Source: Octopus sinensis (Eukaryota). From it: 64,000 nt of DNA. The stretch spans positions 27,838,001 through 27,902,000 of the forward strand of contig NC_043016.1 in assembly GCF_006345805.1 (NCBI RefSeq). Reading direction: 5' to 3'. Below are positions 37,887 through 51,605 of this stretch, in pieces (the first letter of the stretch is position 1; each line of letters starts with the position of its first letter). The notes under the pieces were generated by a model, which was not told the origin of the DNA, did no database searches, and worked only from the letters and a program-made list of their open reading frames with translations. The position numbers and the translations under genes are program-made.

Positions 37887-38739
37887 CGTATGTGTGTGTA
37901 TGTGTGTGCGTGCGCATGCGTGCGTGCGTTTGTGCATGCATGTGTGTGTGTAATGCCAAACTTAATTTCTCTCTCTTCTCCTGGGAAATATATAGGTATT
38001 TCAGATTATGGGATAATGAATATTTCTCTATCGATAGACAAATTATTTCAGGTAGGACATTTTATTGTGTGATATCAATGGATTCCCTATGGATTCATGG
38101 CAGGTAGTAAAATTCCCCCAGCCATTGGTTACTCATGCAAAATCTTGCCAACTTAGCAACTTATACCATGTGGTTCTCAGATGTATAGAAGTACATGTGG
38201 TTCTCAGATGTTCATTGACACTGGCTTGCATGAGATGCATGCAGGATTTCTAACTTAAGCTAGCTGATTAACTTTATTATTTATTTATCATATTTTCTGT
38301 TTCCTTATTTTACCCCTTTTTCCTTCTGCCTTTACAGCCATTAATTGTGTGATTGTTTATTTGCTTAAAGATTTCCTTCAGTCCTTAATGCCAACAGGTG
38401 CATTGTCCGTTTGTCTGTCTAGCTAGCTAGCTATTTCTCTATCTATCCCTCTCTTTATTTTAAACAATAGGCAAATAATGCCAAACCTAATTTCTCTCTC
38501 TCCCTCCAGGAAATATATAGGTATTTCAGATTATGGCTTATGAATGTTTCTCTGTTAATTTCAAATTAATTTCAGCTTAGATCATTAAACTTTGTGGTGG
38601 GACATTTTATCATGCAATATCAACGGATTCCTTATGCAACTCATTGCCACCACTGTGGAGGTGACTCAAGCACATGCACAGATACTTTATGCAGAAATAT
38701 GGGTATACACATGTGTGCATGGTTATAATGCATGTGCAT

Positions 38740-40392
38740 ACCCATTAAGGCTCTCTGGAATTGAAGGAAATTGTCTAGGGAAGAAGACTACTAATGTTAT
38801 TTTCATAGTCAGGTGTTTGCAAGAGAAGTATTTAACTAAGAATGAATCATTATACTTGGCATTCGTTGATCTTGTGAAAGCCTTTGATATAGTACCCTGC
38901 TGTGTGAAGCTAGGGATAGAAGAGTGGCTAGTGAAAGTTGTACAAACCATGTACAAAGATGCTGTCAGTAAGGTGAGAGCTAACCATGAGTAAAGCGAAG
39001 AATTTTGTGTACAGTAGGGGCTCTTCATTAAGATTCAATCCTAAGTCCTCTCCTTTTTCTCATTGTCCTGCAGGCCATAACAGAGGAGTTCAAGACCAGC
39101 AGCCCCTGAGAACTACTATATGCTGATGATCTTGCCCTCATAGTGGATTCCATATTAGAGCTAAAAGAGAAATTCCAGGTGTGGAATTAAGGCTCTTAGA
39201 TTCCAAAACTTGGAATCTAAGAGCCTTAAGGTTAACTTAGCAAAGACTAAAGTCCTAGTAAGCAAGAAAACTGACAGAACAAGACCCTACTCCCTTCAGG
39301 TAGGTGGCCCTGTTCTGTTTGTAGGAAAGGTGTAGGCAAGAACTCCATACAGTGTACCAATATAAGCTAGGGTCACACAAAGAGTGCAGTGGATTAATAG
39401 GAAGATTATCAAAGAAGGTATTGTTCAGTGTTCATATGTGGAAGATGCACAGGATCCATAAAAACTATAGATACTTGGGAAATTGATTCTCTTAAATGCC
39501 CTGGTGGCTCATTAGAGGTAATAGGTAATTTTTACTACCTAGGGGATCAAATTAGTAGTTGCGGAGGATGCATGAGAATGTGATTGCAAGATAGGATGGG
39601 GGAAATTCAGAGAACTGCTACCTCTGTTGGCTACAAAAGGTTTCTCTCTCCGAGTGAAAGTAAGATTGTATGATGCATGCATGTGGACAGCAATTCTATA
39701 TGGTAGTGTGACATGGCCCCTGAATGCAGAGGATACGTGAAGGCTAGAAAGAAATGAAGCTAGTATGCTCCGCTGGATGTGTAATGTAAGTGTACATGTT
39801 TGACAGAGTACTGATGCTTTGAGAGAGAAGTTAGGCATAAGAGGAATTAAATGTAGTGTGCAAGAGAGAAGACTATGCTGGTTTGGTCATGTGATGTGGA
39901 TGGATACCAACAGCTCTATGAAGAAGTGCTGATCTCTCAAAATAGGTAGAACATGTGGAAGTGGGAGACCCAGGAAGACATGGGATGAAGTACTGAAGAA
40001 CAACTTCAGGATGCTGAATCTTTCAGGCAAGGTGACACAGGACCGAGATGTCTGATGCCTTGCTATACTCAAGAAGACCTGTACTCCACAGCAGAAGTGT
40101 TAAGACTGGTTGTCCCTGGTGGTGAGGTTTGACCTGCAAGAGTCCTGGGTCAGTGCTACATAAAAAGTACTTGTGGCAGTGTCATGTAAAAGTACCTGTG
40201 TGGCACCATGTAAAAGTGCCCGTGCAACACCACATAAAAACACCCAGCACACTCTGTAAAGTGGTTTGTATTTGGAGGGGCATCCAGTCATAGAAACTAT
40301 ACCAAATCAGACTGGAATCAGGTACAGCTCCTCAGCTTGTCAGTTCAAACTGTCCAGCCCATGCCGGCATGGAAACAGACATCAAATGATGA

Positions 40393-40395
<3 letters not shown>
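38740..40395 (+). mobile_element. RTE-clade LINE, 5'-truncated, decayed RT plus 3' UTR and (GAT)n tail
   Basis: QEKYL..LYLAFVDLVKAFD, LLYADDL, RIGWGKFRELLPLL, RLERNEASMLRWMCNV, RRLCWFGHV; multiple stops and frameshifts. Confidence 0.9.
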
Positions 40396-40428
<33 letters not shown>

Positions 40429-40605
40429 CCACTACACACATTTTTTTCTCTCCTTGTTTCTCTCCTTGTTTTTTCTGTGTACCTTTCTGTAGAAGAGCGT
40501 AGGCTCGAAATGTAAAAGACTTTTTCTATTCCTGAGCGTTATACTAATACATCTGTTTGTTTTGTACACCTCCTGTCTTCGTCTTTTGTTTTTTTCATAA
40601 ACTCT

Positions 40606-40650
<45 letters not shown>

Positions 40651-42011
40651 TACAAATACATGCAGACAAACACTATACACATATAAAATCTACATATATA
40701 AATACACACATACACATATATACTCATAATTAATATATACACAGAGAGAGTGGGGGAAGGGAGAGATGTATGTTCATACTCATATACTGAAAGTTTAGTT
40801 AGAAACACTATTATATGATAAAGGTACACGATTAGCAGTTTATAATTGACATTGATTAATTTAACATAATTAACATTTTATAGGAAAGGAGGTGATACAC
40901 ATTCTATCTCACAACACAGTCAATTTTGCAACTGTCCTATACAGAACATCTCAGAATTCTCCATATTATAAAGAAAAACTAGCAGAGACATTAAAATATG
41001 TGTGAGAGTGTGGTGTGCATTGATACATGAGTGTGTCTCTGAATAGAGATGTGTATATATGTATATAGTTGAAGAATGAGTGAAGGAAGAAGGGCTATAT
41101 AGCTTCTGCTCCACTGAATACCCAAATGAATAAAAATATAAATATACAAAGACATGGATATATGTATGTATGTGTGTGTGTGTGTGTAAATACATATGCA
41201 CACACATATACATATACACACATACACCCACACACACAAATTGTCACCATTATCATTTTAATGTTCATTTATCTGTACTTGTATGGGTGAAATGAAATTC
41301 AATAAGGCAGATATTTCTGTGGCCAGCTGCTCTTCCTGTTAAACTTGGATTGCAAGACAAAGAAATTCAGTTTATGTAACACACTCTACAACACATAATG
41401 AGTACACTCTTCAGCTTTCATTGACAATCATTGACAAACTATATTATTTGAATATAGATAGATAGATAAATAGATAGATAGATAGATAGATCGACAGATA
41501 GATAAATAGATAGATAGAAAGATAGATAGATAGATATAGATAAATATAAGTGTGTGTGTGTGTGTGTGTGAAAATATATATGAAATGCAAGTCGACCTCG
41601 GTGGGTATATATATATATTCATTCAAAATGTGACCACGTGTGTCCCGTTGGCGATTTTTTTTCCTCCATCTTCCCTTCTCTGGATCTTTCCTTTTCATGT
41701 TTCTGACAAAGAGCTCCACTCGAAACGTTAAACTCTCCTTCTTCCCTTCATTTCCTGAGCGTCCAATAATACTATATTTGTTCCACGTCCTCGCGTTGTT
41801 GTGTTTCTCTTTGTGTTTTCATGTTTGGATTAAATTTATATATATATATCCACCATGGTCGACTTTGCCTTTCATCCTTTTGGGGTCAATAAATTAAGTA
41901 CCAGTTGCGTACTAGGGACGATGCAATCGATTGCCCCCTCCCCCAAAATTTCGGGCCTTGTATCTAGAGTAGAAATTAATAAATAAATATATATATATAT
42001 ATATGAATATG

Positions 42012-42062
<51 letters not shown>

Positions 42063-42084
42063 CGCACACACACACACACACATA

Positions 42085-42975
42085 CAAGGTGCAGTGAATT
42101 AACTGTCATCTAAATTACGGCAAAAATGAAAATAACACTCACATCTCATTTTAACAGATATATTTAGCAAAATTACATAAAAATATTTTGAAATACTAAT
42201 GAATAAATTTACTCAATATAAATCACTGTTGGCTTCAACTACAGCCTCCAGATGACTTTGGAATCTCCTGCAACTCTTCTGGACAGTTCCCTTGTTTAAG
42301 TTGGTGAATACTACCTTAATCTTTGTCTTCAGTTCATCTTTGGTTATTACAAGAAGTTTTGTCGGTCTCTCACTCAACTGCACCCCACACATAATAATCA
42401 AGGGGGTTGCAGTCTGGGGAGTTAGGTGGCCAGATTTTAGAGGTGATGTGGCTGCAGAGATTGTCTGAAAGCCATGACTGGGTTCTCCTGCTTGTGTGGC
42501 ATAATGCAGAGTCCTGTTGCCAGATATAGTGTCTTCCAGCAGCCACCCTTTTCACCCAGGGCAGCACTACCTCCTCCAGGCACTTGATGTAGGCCTCCAT
42601 GTTAAGTCTGAGGCTGTGTGGAAAGATGAATGGCGGCATAATATCACCATTACAAGTGATCACTCCAAAAACCATGATGTTGACTGGATGTTTGATTTTT
42701 ATCACTCTCGGTACATTTCCTCAAATTGCACTGCCTTCAGATTGACACCCCAAAACTCTGAAATGTTCATATTGGAGCTTCTTATGCAAATGACAAGCAG
42801 TACAGCATGTCATTTCCAAATTTCTGACAGAGTGAATTGCATCATGGGGCTGTTTTTCTCACAGATGGTACCCAACTTACTTTACTATATTGTATAGTTG
42901 ACAAAATCAGAAACAAATAATGTGCAGGCATGAAATTAGAATTATAAAATGACAACAATTTACCCATCGCACCCG
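42085..42975 (-). mobile_element. Internally deleted maT-like (DD37D) transposon
   Basis: WQQDSALCH...WPPNSPDCNPLDYYVW with exactly 37 residues between the last two catalytic D; imperfect TIRs. Confidence 0.85.
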
Positions 42976-42987
42976 GAGTATATCACT

Positions 42988-43087
42988 AAAGTGGCTGAGG
43001 GCACTAGTCAGTACCAGTATTGCTAGAAATAAGAGTCAGTTCTTATTTCTAGCCAATACTGTACTGACTAGGGCACTCAGCCACTTT
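42988..43087. repeat. 100-nt hairpin with ~47-bp arms
   Basis: AAAGTGGCTGAG...CTAGAAATAAGA-gtcagt-TCTTATTTCTAG...CTCAGCCACTTT, a few mismatches/bulges. Confidence 0.85.
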
Positions 43088-43201
43088 CATGATGTATATA
43101 TTTCTGCCTTTTGTGTTTTAAAATTCAAACAAGACACCCTAATTATATTTTCATATGCATACATAAAATATATGCATATACACATACATAGAAATACATA
43201 T

Positions 43202-43265
<64 letters not shown>

Positions 43266-44266
43266 AATTAAGAAAATGGAGAAATACATCCAAATCAATA
43301 TCAACTACCAGATAATACCCAATCCATACTTTATTAAACCACTACATAAGAAACTTAAGGTCAAACATATAATATATGACAAAACAGTGTACATAAAGGA
43401 GTAATATGATACAATAAGTACAATATGTATAAGAGAATATAAATATAAATAAATATAAATATAAATATAAACTACATCTTACAGCTGTTCGTCCCTGCAG
43501 TAAGTATGTCTCATTTTACTTATATTAGCCATGTGTGGTAGGTCAATATGTAGTTATAAATGAGACATTTACAAAAATATCCTAAGGCCTCTTCGGAGGA
43601 GATTATGAAATACAAACCAAATTACATATACACTTACATATGTGTGGGTACATACCCATAATAAATCATATACATATACATATGAGTGCATATACTCATA
43701 CTCATATACATATACATATACACATACATGATAATATAAATAATATAAATCAATAAACATACATATGTTCCATATTCAATGTTACAGATTTTCAACTTAA
43801 TATTGTGATATTATAATATAAAAAACATACACATATTAATACCCAAATGCAGATATACAGAGTCAAGAGTATCATCATCATCCTCATCATCGTTTAGCGT
43901 CCGTTTTCCATGCTAGCATGGGTTGGACAGTTCAACTGGGGTCTGTGAAGCCGGAAGGCTTCATCAGGCCCAGTCAGATCTGGCAGTGTTTCTACGGCTG
44001 GATGCCCATTATATTAATTTATATTAATTTACAAAATGTCATTAATGTTAACATCATTACTATTATCATTACCACTAATGCTACCAATATCATTATTCTT
44101 ATTATTAATAACACTAATACTAGCAAAACAATATATAGATCCCATTATTAGCAATATAATAGCAAAATAAGGACCACAATAGTACTACAGTACCATGCAA
44201 AGCATTAAATATCTGTATATATGTTATCCCATGGAGGGTTGCATTTACAACCCCTATCTCAATTTG

Positions 44267-44349
<83 letters not shown>

Positions 44350-44539
44350 TAAAGAACTGCATATCTGTGCATGTGTATGTGAGAGTGTGGGGGAGTGTGT
44401 GGGAGTGTGTGTTTGTGTTTAGATGTCTGTCTGTCTGTATGTATGTATGTATGTATGTATGTATGTATGTATGTATGTGTCTTATTCAGTTTTATTTCAA
44501 GATTTCTTGCCAATAGAGAAAGGGCTGGATTCTAACCTA

Positions 44540-45010
44540 GATACAAGGCTTCTTCGTTGGAATTTCAACTTCAACAACAGGGTGTTGTGTATTCATGTGC
44601 GTATATGTGCAGTATTTTGGATTCAGTGCATGTGCAGATTTGTATGTTTTGTTTTATGTTTGTATCCTCATGCATATAGTTGAATGTCTAAACATGTACC
44701 TGTATACTTAAATGATAAACTGGAAAGTTGTACGATTTTTTACAGTCCCTGTGATGGCTTGGATTTGTAGTCTTTGAATCAGTTTTCTCTTTCTGGTTTT
44801 GGGAGGTCTAATTTGTCAAGATTGGTATTTAAACAGTGTGTTACACATCCCAATACCCCAATAATTACAGGTAAAAACCTGAACTTGTAATGCAGGTAGA
44901 GTAACTGCAGATTTCTCAGTAGTTCAATGTAGGTATTTTCTTGTTTGTCAATGTTTAGTCTTATGTTAATATCCACTGGGCAGCTAATTTCCACCACTAT
45001 ATGTATGTAT
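44540..45010 (-). mobile_element. R4/Dong-like non-LTR endonuclease fragment and 3' end
   Basis: VVEISCPVDINI...YIELLRNLQLLY...FRFLPVIIGVLG fits the restriction-like endonuclease C-terminus. Confidence 0.6.
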
Positions 45011-45637
45011 ATTAAACCATAGCCTTTACTCACAAGTGAGTATGACTTGGTTGAATGTATCATACTTTCACTAATTTATATTAGGTATCTTTGTAGCCAG
45101 CAAAAGACATCTAGGCCTTCCCAGCCATTGACCTGTTGGAGCATCCAGAGGTTTGGAAAACAAGAAGGAGAGAGGACCACACCAGCATTAGCCTAATATT
45201 TAGTCTCAACTGATTTCGCTGGAACAATGCATAACAAAATGACTTGCACAAGAAGACACTGCACCATTTGATGCAAGATTTGAACTCATGACTTTATGAT
45301 CATGAACCCAACAACTAACCACAAGAGTACATGCCACACGCACAAACTTTTACACACACACACACACACAAATTCATCACACAATGCATACACACTCTCA
45401 CACATACACACACATGCACACACACACATGCACATATACATGCATGCACACACATGCAGTTCTTAACAACAACATCAGAACTGAAGAAACAAGAAATTAT
45501 AATTATTAATTTTCTATGTTAATAAGTAGAGATTTAAGTAAATACTTGGATTATTTATTAGCAGTGATAATCCTTATTAACCAATGATCTAATTAACAAA
45601 TCTTGTAAAAATAATTACAAAGTATAATATAAAGAGT

Positions 45638-45682
<45 letters not shown>

Positions 45683-46005
45683 CCTCTCTCTCTCTCAACA
45701 GATTAAAGTCTACAATACATTAAACATTTTTATTTTTCATTATTTATTTTCCTCATTTTTTCTGACTGGGTATCTGTTTGTCTGTTTGTCTCTCTCTTAC
45801 TGCGTATATGTGTGCATATGTGTATCTGTATAGATAATGAGCTATCTAATAATTCTACCAGAGTCTATTCTCTCTCTCTCTCATCCATCCATCTGTCTGT
45901 CTATCTGTGTATCTTGAAGGTCCTGACCAGTGAATTTAAAATTTGAATTATCAGAAAGTGGGTGAGAAGAAATATATACACACATACATACATGTGTAAG
46001 TGTGT

Positions 46006-46040
<35 letters not shown>

Positions 46041-46619
46041 CAGTTGATATATATGAATATATGCTACATTCTTTATCAACAAAGAATTATGCAGATGCAT
46101 CATCATCATCATCATCATTTAACATCCACTTTTGCTTGCATGGGTTGGACAGAGTTTATTTGAGTTGGATGCCCTTCCTTGTTGCCAACCTTCACCTGTT
46201 TCCAAACGAAGTAATTTTTTCCCCCCCATGGCTAGACATGATCATGCTGAATATTGGAAATGAACAGCACTGCTTATATCATGCTATGTCAAGAAAAAGA
46301 GATACAAACACACACATATGCACACATACACACACACACATATATATGATGGGCTCCTTTCAGTTTCTGTTGCCTAATCCACTCACAAGGCTTTGGTCAG
46401 CCCAGGGCTATAGAAGAAGGCACTTGTCCAAGATACCATGCAGTGGGACCGAACCAAGAATTATATAGTTGGGAAGCAAACTTCTTATCACACAGTGATA
46501 TCACCCACATATATACGTATATATACACATGTATATGTATATACATATACATACATGTGTGTGTGTGTACATATATAAATGTAGAGGATGCTTATCCAAT
46601 TTGCCTGTTGATCTCAGTG

Positions 46620-47480
46620 TCCAAGGGTCCAGGGAGAGGTTATCAATGATGGTAAAGTCAAGATAGATAAATTGATGGACTTGTAGTTGTTGATGGTGAT
46701 GATGGGGGTGTGCTTGACACTTTGATCCATTACTCGGGTCTTCTTCACACTGATAGTCAGGCAGAATTCCTGACAGGTCTTTGAGAGTTTGTCCACAAGA
46801 TGCTGCATCATCTTCTGTCAGTGCTACATTGTCTGTGAACGGGCATTTCTCTGATGAGTAACTGGCACATCTTGGATTTTGCTTTCAGCCTTGACAGACT
46901 AAATAGTTTGCCACTTGACCTGGTGTGGAGGTAAACACCATCAGTTGATATATATCAACTGATATGTGTGTGTGTGTGTGTGTGTGTACACGCAAGCACA
47001 CACATATACATATGTACACACACACACACTTAGACATGTACATACATGTATGTATGTGTGTATATATTTCTTCTCACCCACTATATTCACTAAATTCATC
47101 TCTGAAGCAGGTAGTGAGAACACCAGGCACCTTTCAGCCTTTTTGGACATTTTCAGTGGCATATGACTTACAACCAGTCACATGCTCTGGCTAGAGTTTA
47201 TTGTCTCTGATATAGTAAAATTGAATGAAACATTCATTGATGTTGCAAAAATAGGATGTTTTCCAATGTTCCATCATGGAAAGATGAGAGGAGCGAGGTG
47301 TTCCAGATTGCAGAGCAGTGTGTTATTGTAAGCCAAAATGTTATTGGGTTATAGAATGTTAACAGAGCACTTCCTCTCATTGCCCTTGATAAGAAAAATG
47401 GTTTTAGAATGGTACATTGCTGAACGAGGAGAATGCGTACTATAGAGAGGGTCCACTGCTACTTGACCCAATTGGAGGAG
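46620..47480 (-). mobile_element. Decayed RTE-type RT fragments interrupted by a microsatellite
   Basis: LFSLSRLKAKSK..., MQHLVDKLSKTCQEFCLTISVKKTRVM. Confidence 0.65.
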
Positions 47481-48479
47481 CAATCGTTTAAATGTGCAGC
47501 TATATGCTCAAAAGCATGATTAACCCTTTAGCATTTAAACTGGCATATCCAGCCAAAAACTGTTCTCCTTGTTTTATGTTCAAACTGGATAGATCTGGAC
47601 TGTCACACCTACCCTACAATGTTACTCTAAGAATAAACAGTCATATCATCAAAATCTCAAAGCTACAATACAATGCATGATTAATTAAAAAATCCTCCTC
47701 ATCATCATCATCATTTAACATCTGCTTTCCATGCTGGCATAGGTCAAAAAGTCTGACATGGAACTAGCTAGCAGGGAGCTGTTTAGACTCAAGTTGTTTG
47801 TTGTTATATGGTTTCTTTGGATTGTCCTTCCTAATGCCAACCACTTTACAGTGTGTGCAGGATGCATTTTTACATGCCACCGGCATGGGTGTGTCTACGC
47901 AGCACTGATACAGGTGTGTTAACAAAACATTGGCATGGGTGCTTTTTAAGTGGCTCTGGTACCTGAAAGGACAAGCCTGTATGTGTGGAAAACAATAATT
48001 TTATTTAGCTTGACATGTCTTACCAAGTATAGCAAACAGCCACATCTCCTGGTCTCTTGTCATTTCCTCAGTGAGGCCCAGTATCCAAACTTCGTTTCTT
48101 GCCACTTCATCCCACATCTTCCTGGGTCTGCTCTGCACTTCTCTACACAGTGCACTATATTTGACAGAGTAATACAAATACTAAAGCATTAAGGATATAA
48201 AGAGAGAGTAAACAGCTAGTAAATCAGAGATGCTGGAAGTATTTGGTGAAGTAGGACATGTGTCTATCACTTGATAGTAAATCAGGTTGTATAGGATGAT
48301 ATATATATATATATATATATATAATGACTGTGATCATCAACCTTACATGAGCAAAGGATATAATGTAGAAAGAAGCAACTACAGAGATATTAAATTTCAT
48401 CAGTTTGATACCTCTATAGTTGCTTCAGGTTATAAAAGTAACCAGATTATAAAAGTAAAAAGTAATAGCTCAATTAATT

Positions 48480-49300
48480 GAGAAGAGAATTAACTTAGAT
48501 GAGGCACAGTACAGGCTTGTGTCAGAACAGAGTACCACCAATGTCTTCTTCCTAATGAGAGAACTTTAGAAGTATTTCTTTACTAAGAATAAACCATTGT
48601 GTGTAGCATTTGCTGAAATGGAGAAGGCCTTTGACAAAGAATCGTGCTCTTTAGTGTGGTGGTCACAAAGAAAACTAGAGTCAGATCAATGGTTTGTGAG
48701 AGCAGTGCAAGTCATGTACAGAAATACTTTCAACAGAAAATTATCAATGAGTTCAATAAGGAAATCAATAAGTAAATATGTGACCATCAGTGTTAAGTAC
48801 TCAGCCTCCTTCTCCAAACTATAACAAGACTTTAAAACTAACTGTCATTGGGAACTTCTGTTTACTGATGACCTAGTTCTCATAGCTGTTCAATTAGGAA
48901 AGAAATTCCAAACATTGAAGCAAACCCTTGAATTGTAAGATCAAAAGAGTAAAACCAGAAAAGACAAAAGAATAAAGCAGCTATGCTGGAAATGCTGAAA
49001 AGGTGAAGGTAGGAATTACATATAATATAACCACTGTAAACTATAGGCATACAAGAAGTGTAGTGGGATTGCTAGTAGATTGACAGTGAAGAGAGATCTT
49101 TATATATGGCACATCCTCCGGAGTAGTTAGCAATAAGAGAAAACCTGTGAAATACTTTCTTTTGAATACTTGTAGTTGATAGCTTCTATTACTAAAGTGA
49201 CCTAATTAGCCGTGGAAGGAAATGTTCCAAAAACATAAGTGCCAAAGTAAGGATAGTCTAGAAAAAGTTTAGGAGGCAGCAAGGAGATGCTCTCTCTTTA
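48480..49300 (+). mobile_element. Highly decayed RTE RT fragment
   Basis: INLDEAQ...KNKPLCVAFAEMEKAFDK; LFTDDL (YADD-like). Confidence 0.65.
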
Positions 49301-49329
49301 GTAAAGGGGTATATACAAAATGTGATATT

Positions 49330-49700
49330 GAGTTTTCTTCTTATGACATCTCTATTGCATAATACACCAAATTCCTCTCACACCCAGTTTTTCTTTCAAC
49401 TCATTTGCACTTTGCTGTTCATAACAAATCACTGTACTTCAACCTGTGGAACATGTTTCTCTTTCTTTTACCAGCATTTGAACATTCTCTTCATTTACAG
49501 CCTTCGACTTTCTTCCTTGCAACGTTTTACTGTGTAATATAATTCATCCTTCACTTGAAGAAAAGAACCCTTTCAGAAGTAACAATTTCTTGAATATTTT
49601 TCACCCTTCCTTAATAGGGCTTCACAGCTCTTTAGGCCATCTGAGTTACAGAAGCTGTCAATCACTTCAAGTAAGTCTTCTGGGCAGTTGAAGGAATTTG
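49330..49700 (-). mobile_element. Decayed RTE RT C-terminal fragment
   Basis: Minus strand resembles 39560-39850 of the RTE above. Confidence 0.45.
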
Positions 49701-50409
49701 TTTCAAGATTCCTTGAGGAATATATGCATATACCTAAGTGTGTGTGTGTAAGTGTGCTTGTGTGTGCTCATGCATACGTACATGTGTGCATTGCCAGAAC
49801 AAAATATACAGAGGCAGCAAATGCAGAGAATAAGTAATTGGCCTCTAATGGTAAAGCTTCTGCTGGTGCTGCTTCTGATGATGATGGTGATGATGATGAC
49901 GACGACGACGACGGTGGCGAAGGTGGTGGCGGCAGGGGTAGTTGTCGTCATCGTCATCAATGTTGTCATTGTGGTGGTGGTGATGACAGTGGTTTTGTTA
50001 ACAGCATTCTTATACACTTTTAAAAACATGTTTTGATATTTTGAGATGAACCGTACAGTTAATGGCAAGTTCTTGGTACATAGTTTCATTGACATCATTA
50101 TGACTCATTAAGCTAAAGCTATTTCAATCCATTTATGACTTTAAACGAATTGTATGAAATCCTTGAACTCTTGATTTCAATGTTTATATTGACTATCCAT
50201 ACAGTGTTTGGACCTAATATTCTTTGTGATTGTGCTTCAGTATCAGAAATTAAATTTGTTGTGAATATTGCTTTAGAAATGAAAATAATGAATTTACAAA
50301 GAGAGAAATAAATGTGAATTTTGTTGACTGTGGAGGAATTTGAACTCAGAATATTAAGACAGGCAAAGTGCCACTATGCATTTCATCCAGCAAGCTAACC
50401 CACACTGCC

Positions 50410-50410
50410 T

Positions 50411-50471
<61 letters not shown>

Positions 50472-50472
50472 G

Positions 50473-50508
<36 letters not shown>

Positions 50509-50582
50509 CGATGACGACGACAACGATGATGACGAGGAGGAGGAGGAGAAGAAGAAGAAGAAGAAGAAGGAGGAGGAGGAGG
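50410..50582. repeat. Graded trinucleotide run (TAA)n-(TGA)n-(GAC)-(GGA/GAA)n
   Basis: Directly visible; other (TAA)n at ~51257-51325 and 51508-51610; (AGT)n/(AGC)n at 54999-55175. Confidence 0.95.
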
Positions 50583-50589
50583 GAAACAG

Positions 50590-51215
50590 TATTGAAGGAA
50601 AAGAAAATGTACGGTCAGTTTGCAAGTAGACGTGAACACCAAGACAGATACAGAGGACTGGTGGCTATGGATGAGGAAGAGTGACCTGAATATAGAGATA
50701 GAAGCATTCATATGTGCAGCTCACGAACAAGCATTAAGGACCAACTATATGAAGTACAGAATAGTCAACACTACCAATAGTGCCAAATGCAGAATGTGTG
50801 GCGAGAGGGGTGAAACAGTATGGCACATCATTAGTGAATGCCTGAAATTGGCACAACATGAATATGCAATGATCCAATTCAATCATTTGACCAGACATCA
50901 GAAACCGGATATTGTTGTGGTGAATAAAAAAGAAAGAACGTGTATGATAATTGACATAGCATGCTCTGGTAATAACAGGATCAATGTGAAAGAAGAAGAA
51001 AAAGTAACCAACTATGACAATTTGAAGTGGGAAATACGAAGGTTGTGGTTAATGAGGAGAGCAGACATGATACCAATAGTAATTGGTGCACATGGAAGTA
51101 TCAGCACTCAACTACTAACATGGCTGAAAAAGATTGGTGCAAGTGTGAAGGTAGACACCTACAAATATCAGCATTGCTTAGAATGCAAGAATTCTTCACA
51201 AGTGTCATCTTAGTC
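50590..51215 (+). mobile_element. 5'-truncated R4/Dong-like non-LTR retrotransposon (CCHC knuckle + restriction-like endonuclease)
   Basis: CRMCGERGETVWHIISEC; KPDIVVVNKKERTCMIIDIAC; KVTNYDNLKWEIRRLW; PIVIGAHG. Flanked by (TAA)n tracts. Confidence 0.85.
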
Positions 51216-51257
51216 TACTGGTTATGCACAGCTGATACTTTCCATTATACCCAGCAC

Positions 51258-51288
<31 letters not shown>

Positions 51289-51506
51289 TAATAATAATAT
51301 AATAATGATGATAATAATAATAATATGGTTTCAAATTTGGGGGAAAGTCAATTATATCGACCTCAGTTTCAACTGGTACATTTATTTTTATTGACCCCAA
51401 AAGGTTGAATGGCAAAATTGAACTCAGTGGAATTTGAACCCAAAATATAAAGAGCCATATAACTGCTACTAAACATTTTGTCTCACTTGCTAAAGACATA
51501 CCACCT

Positions 51507-51554
<48 letters not shown>

Positions 51555-51574
51555 TAATAATAATAATAAAAATA

Positions 51575-51605
<31 letters not shown>

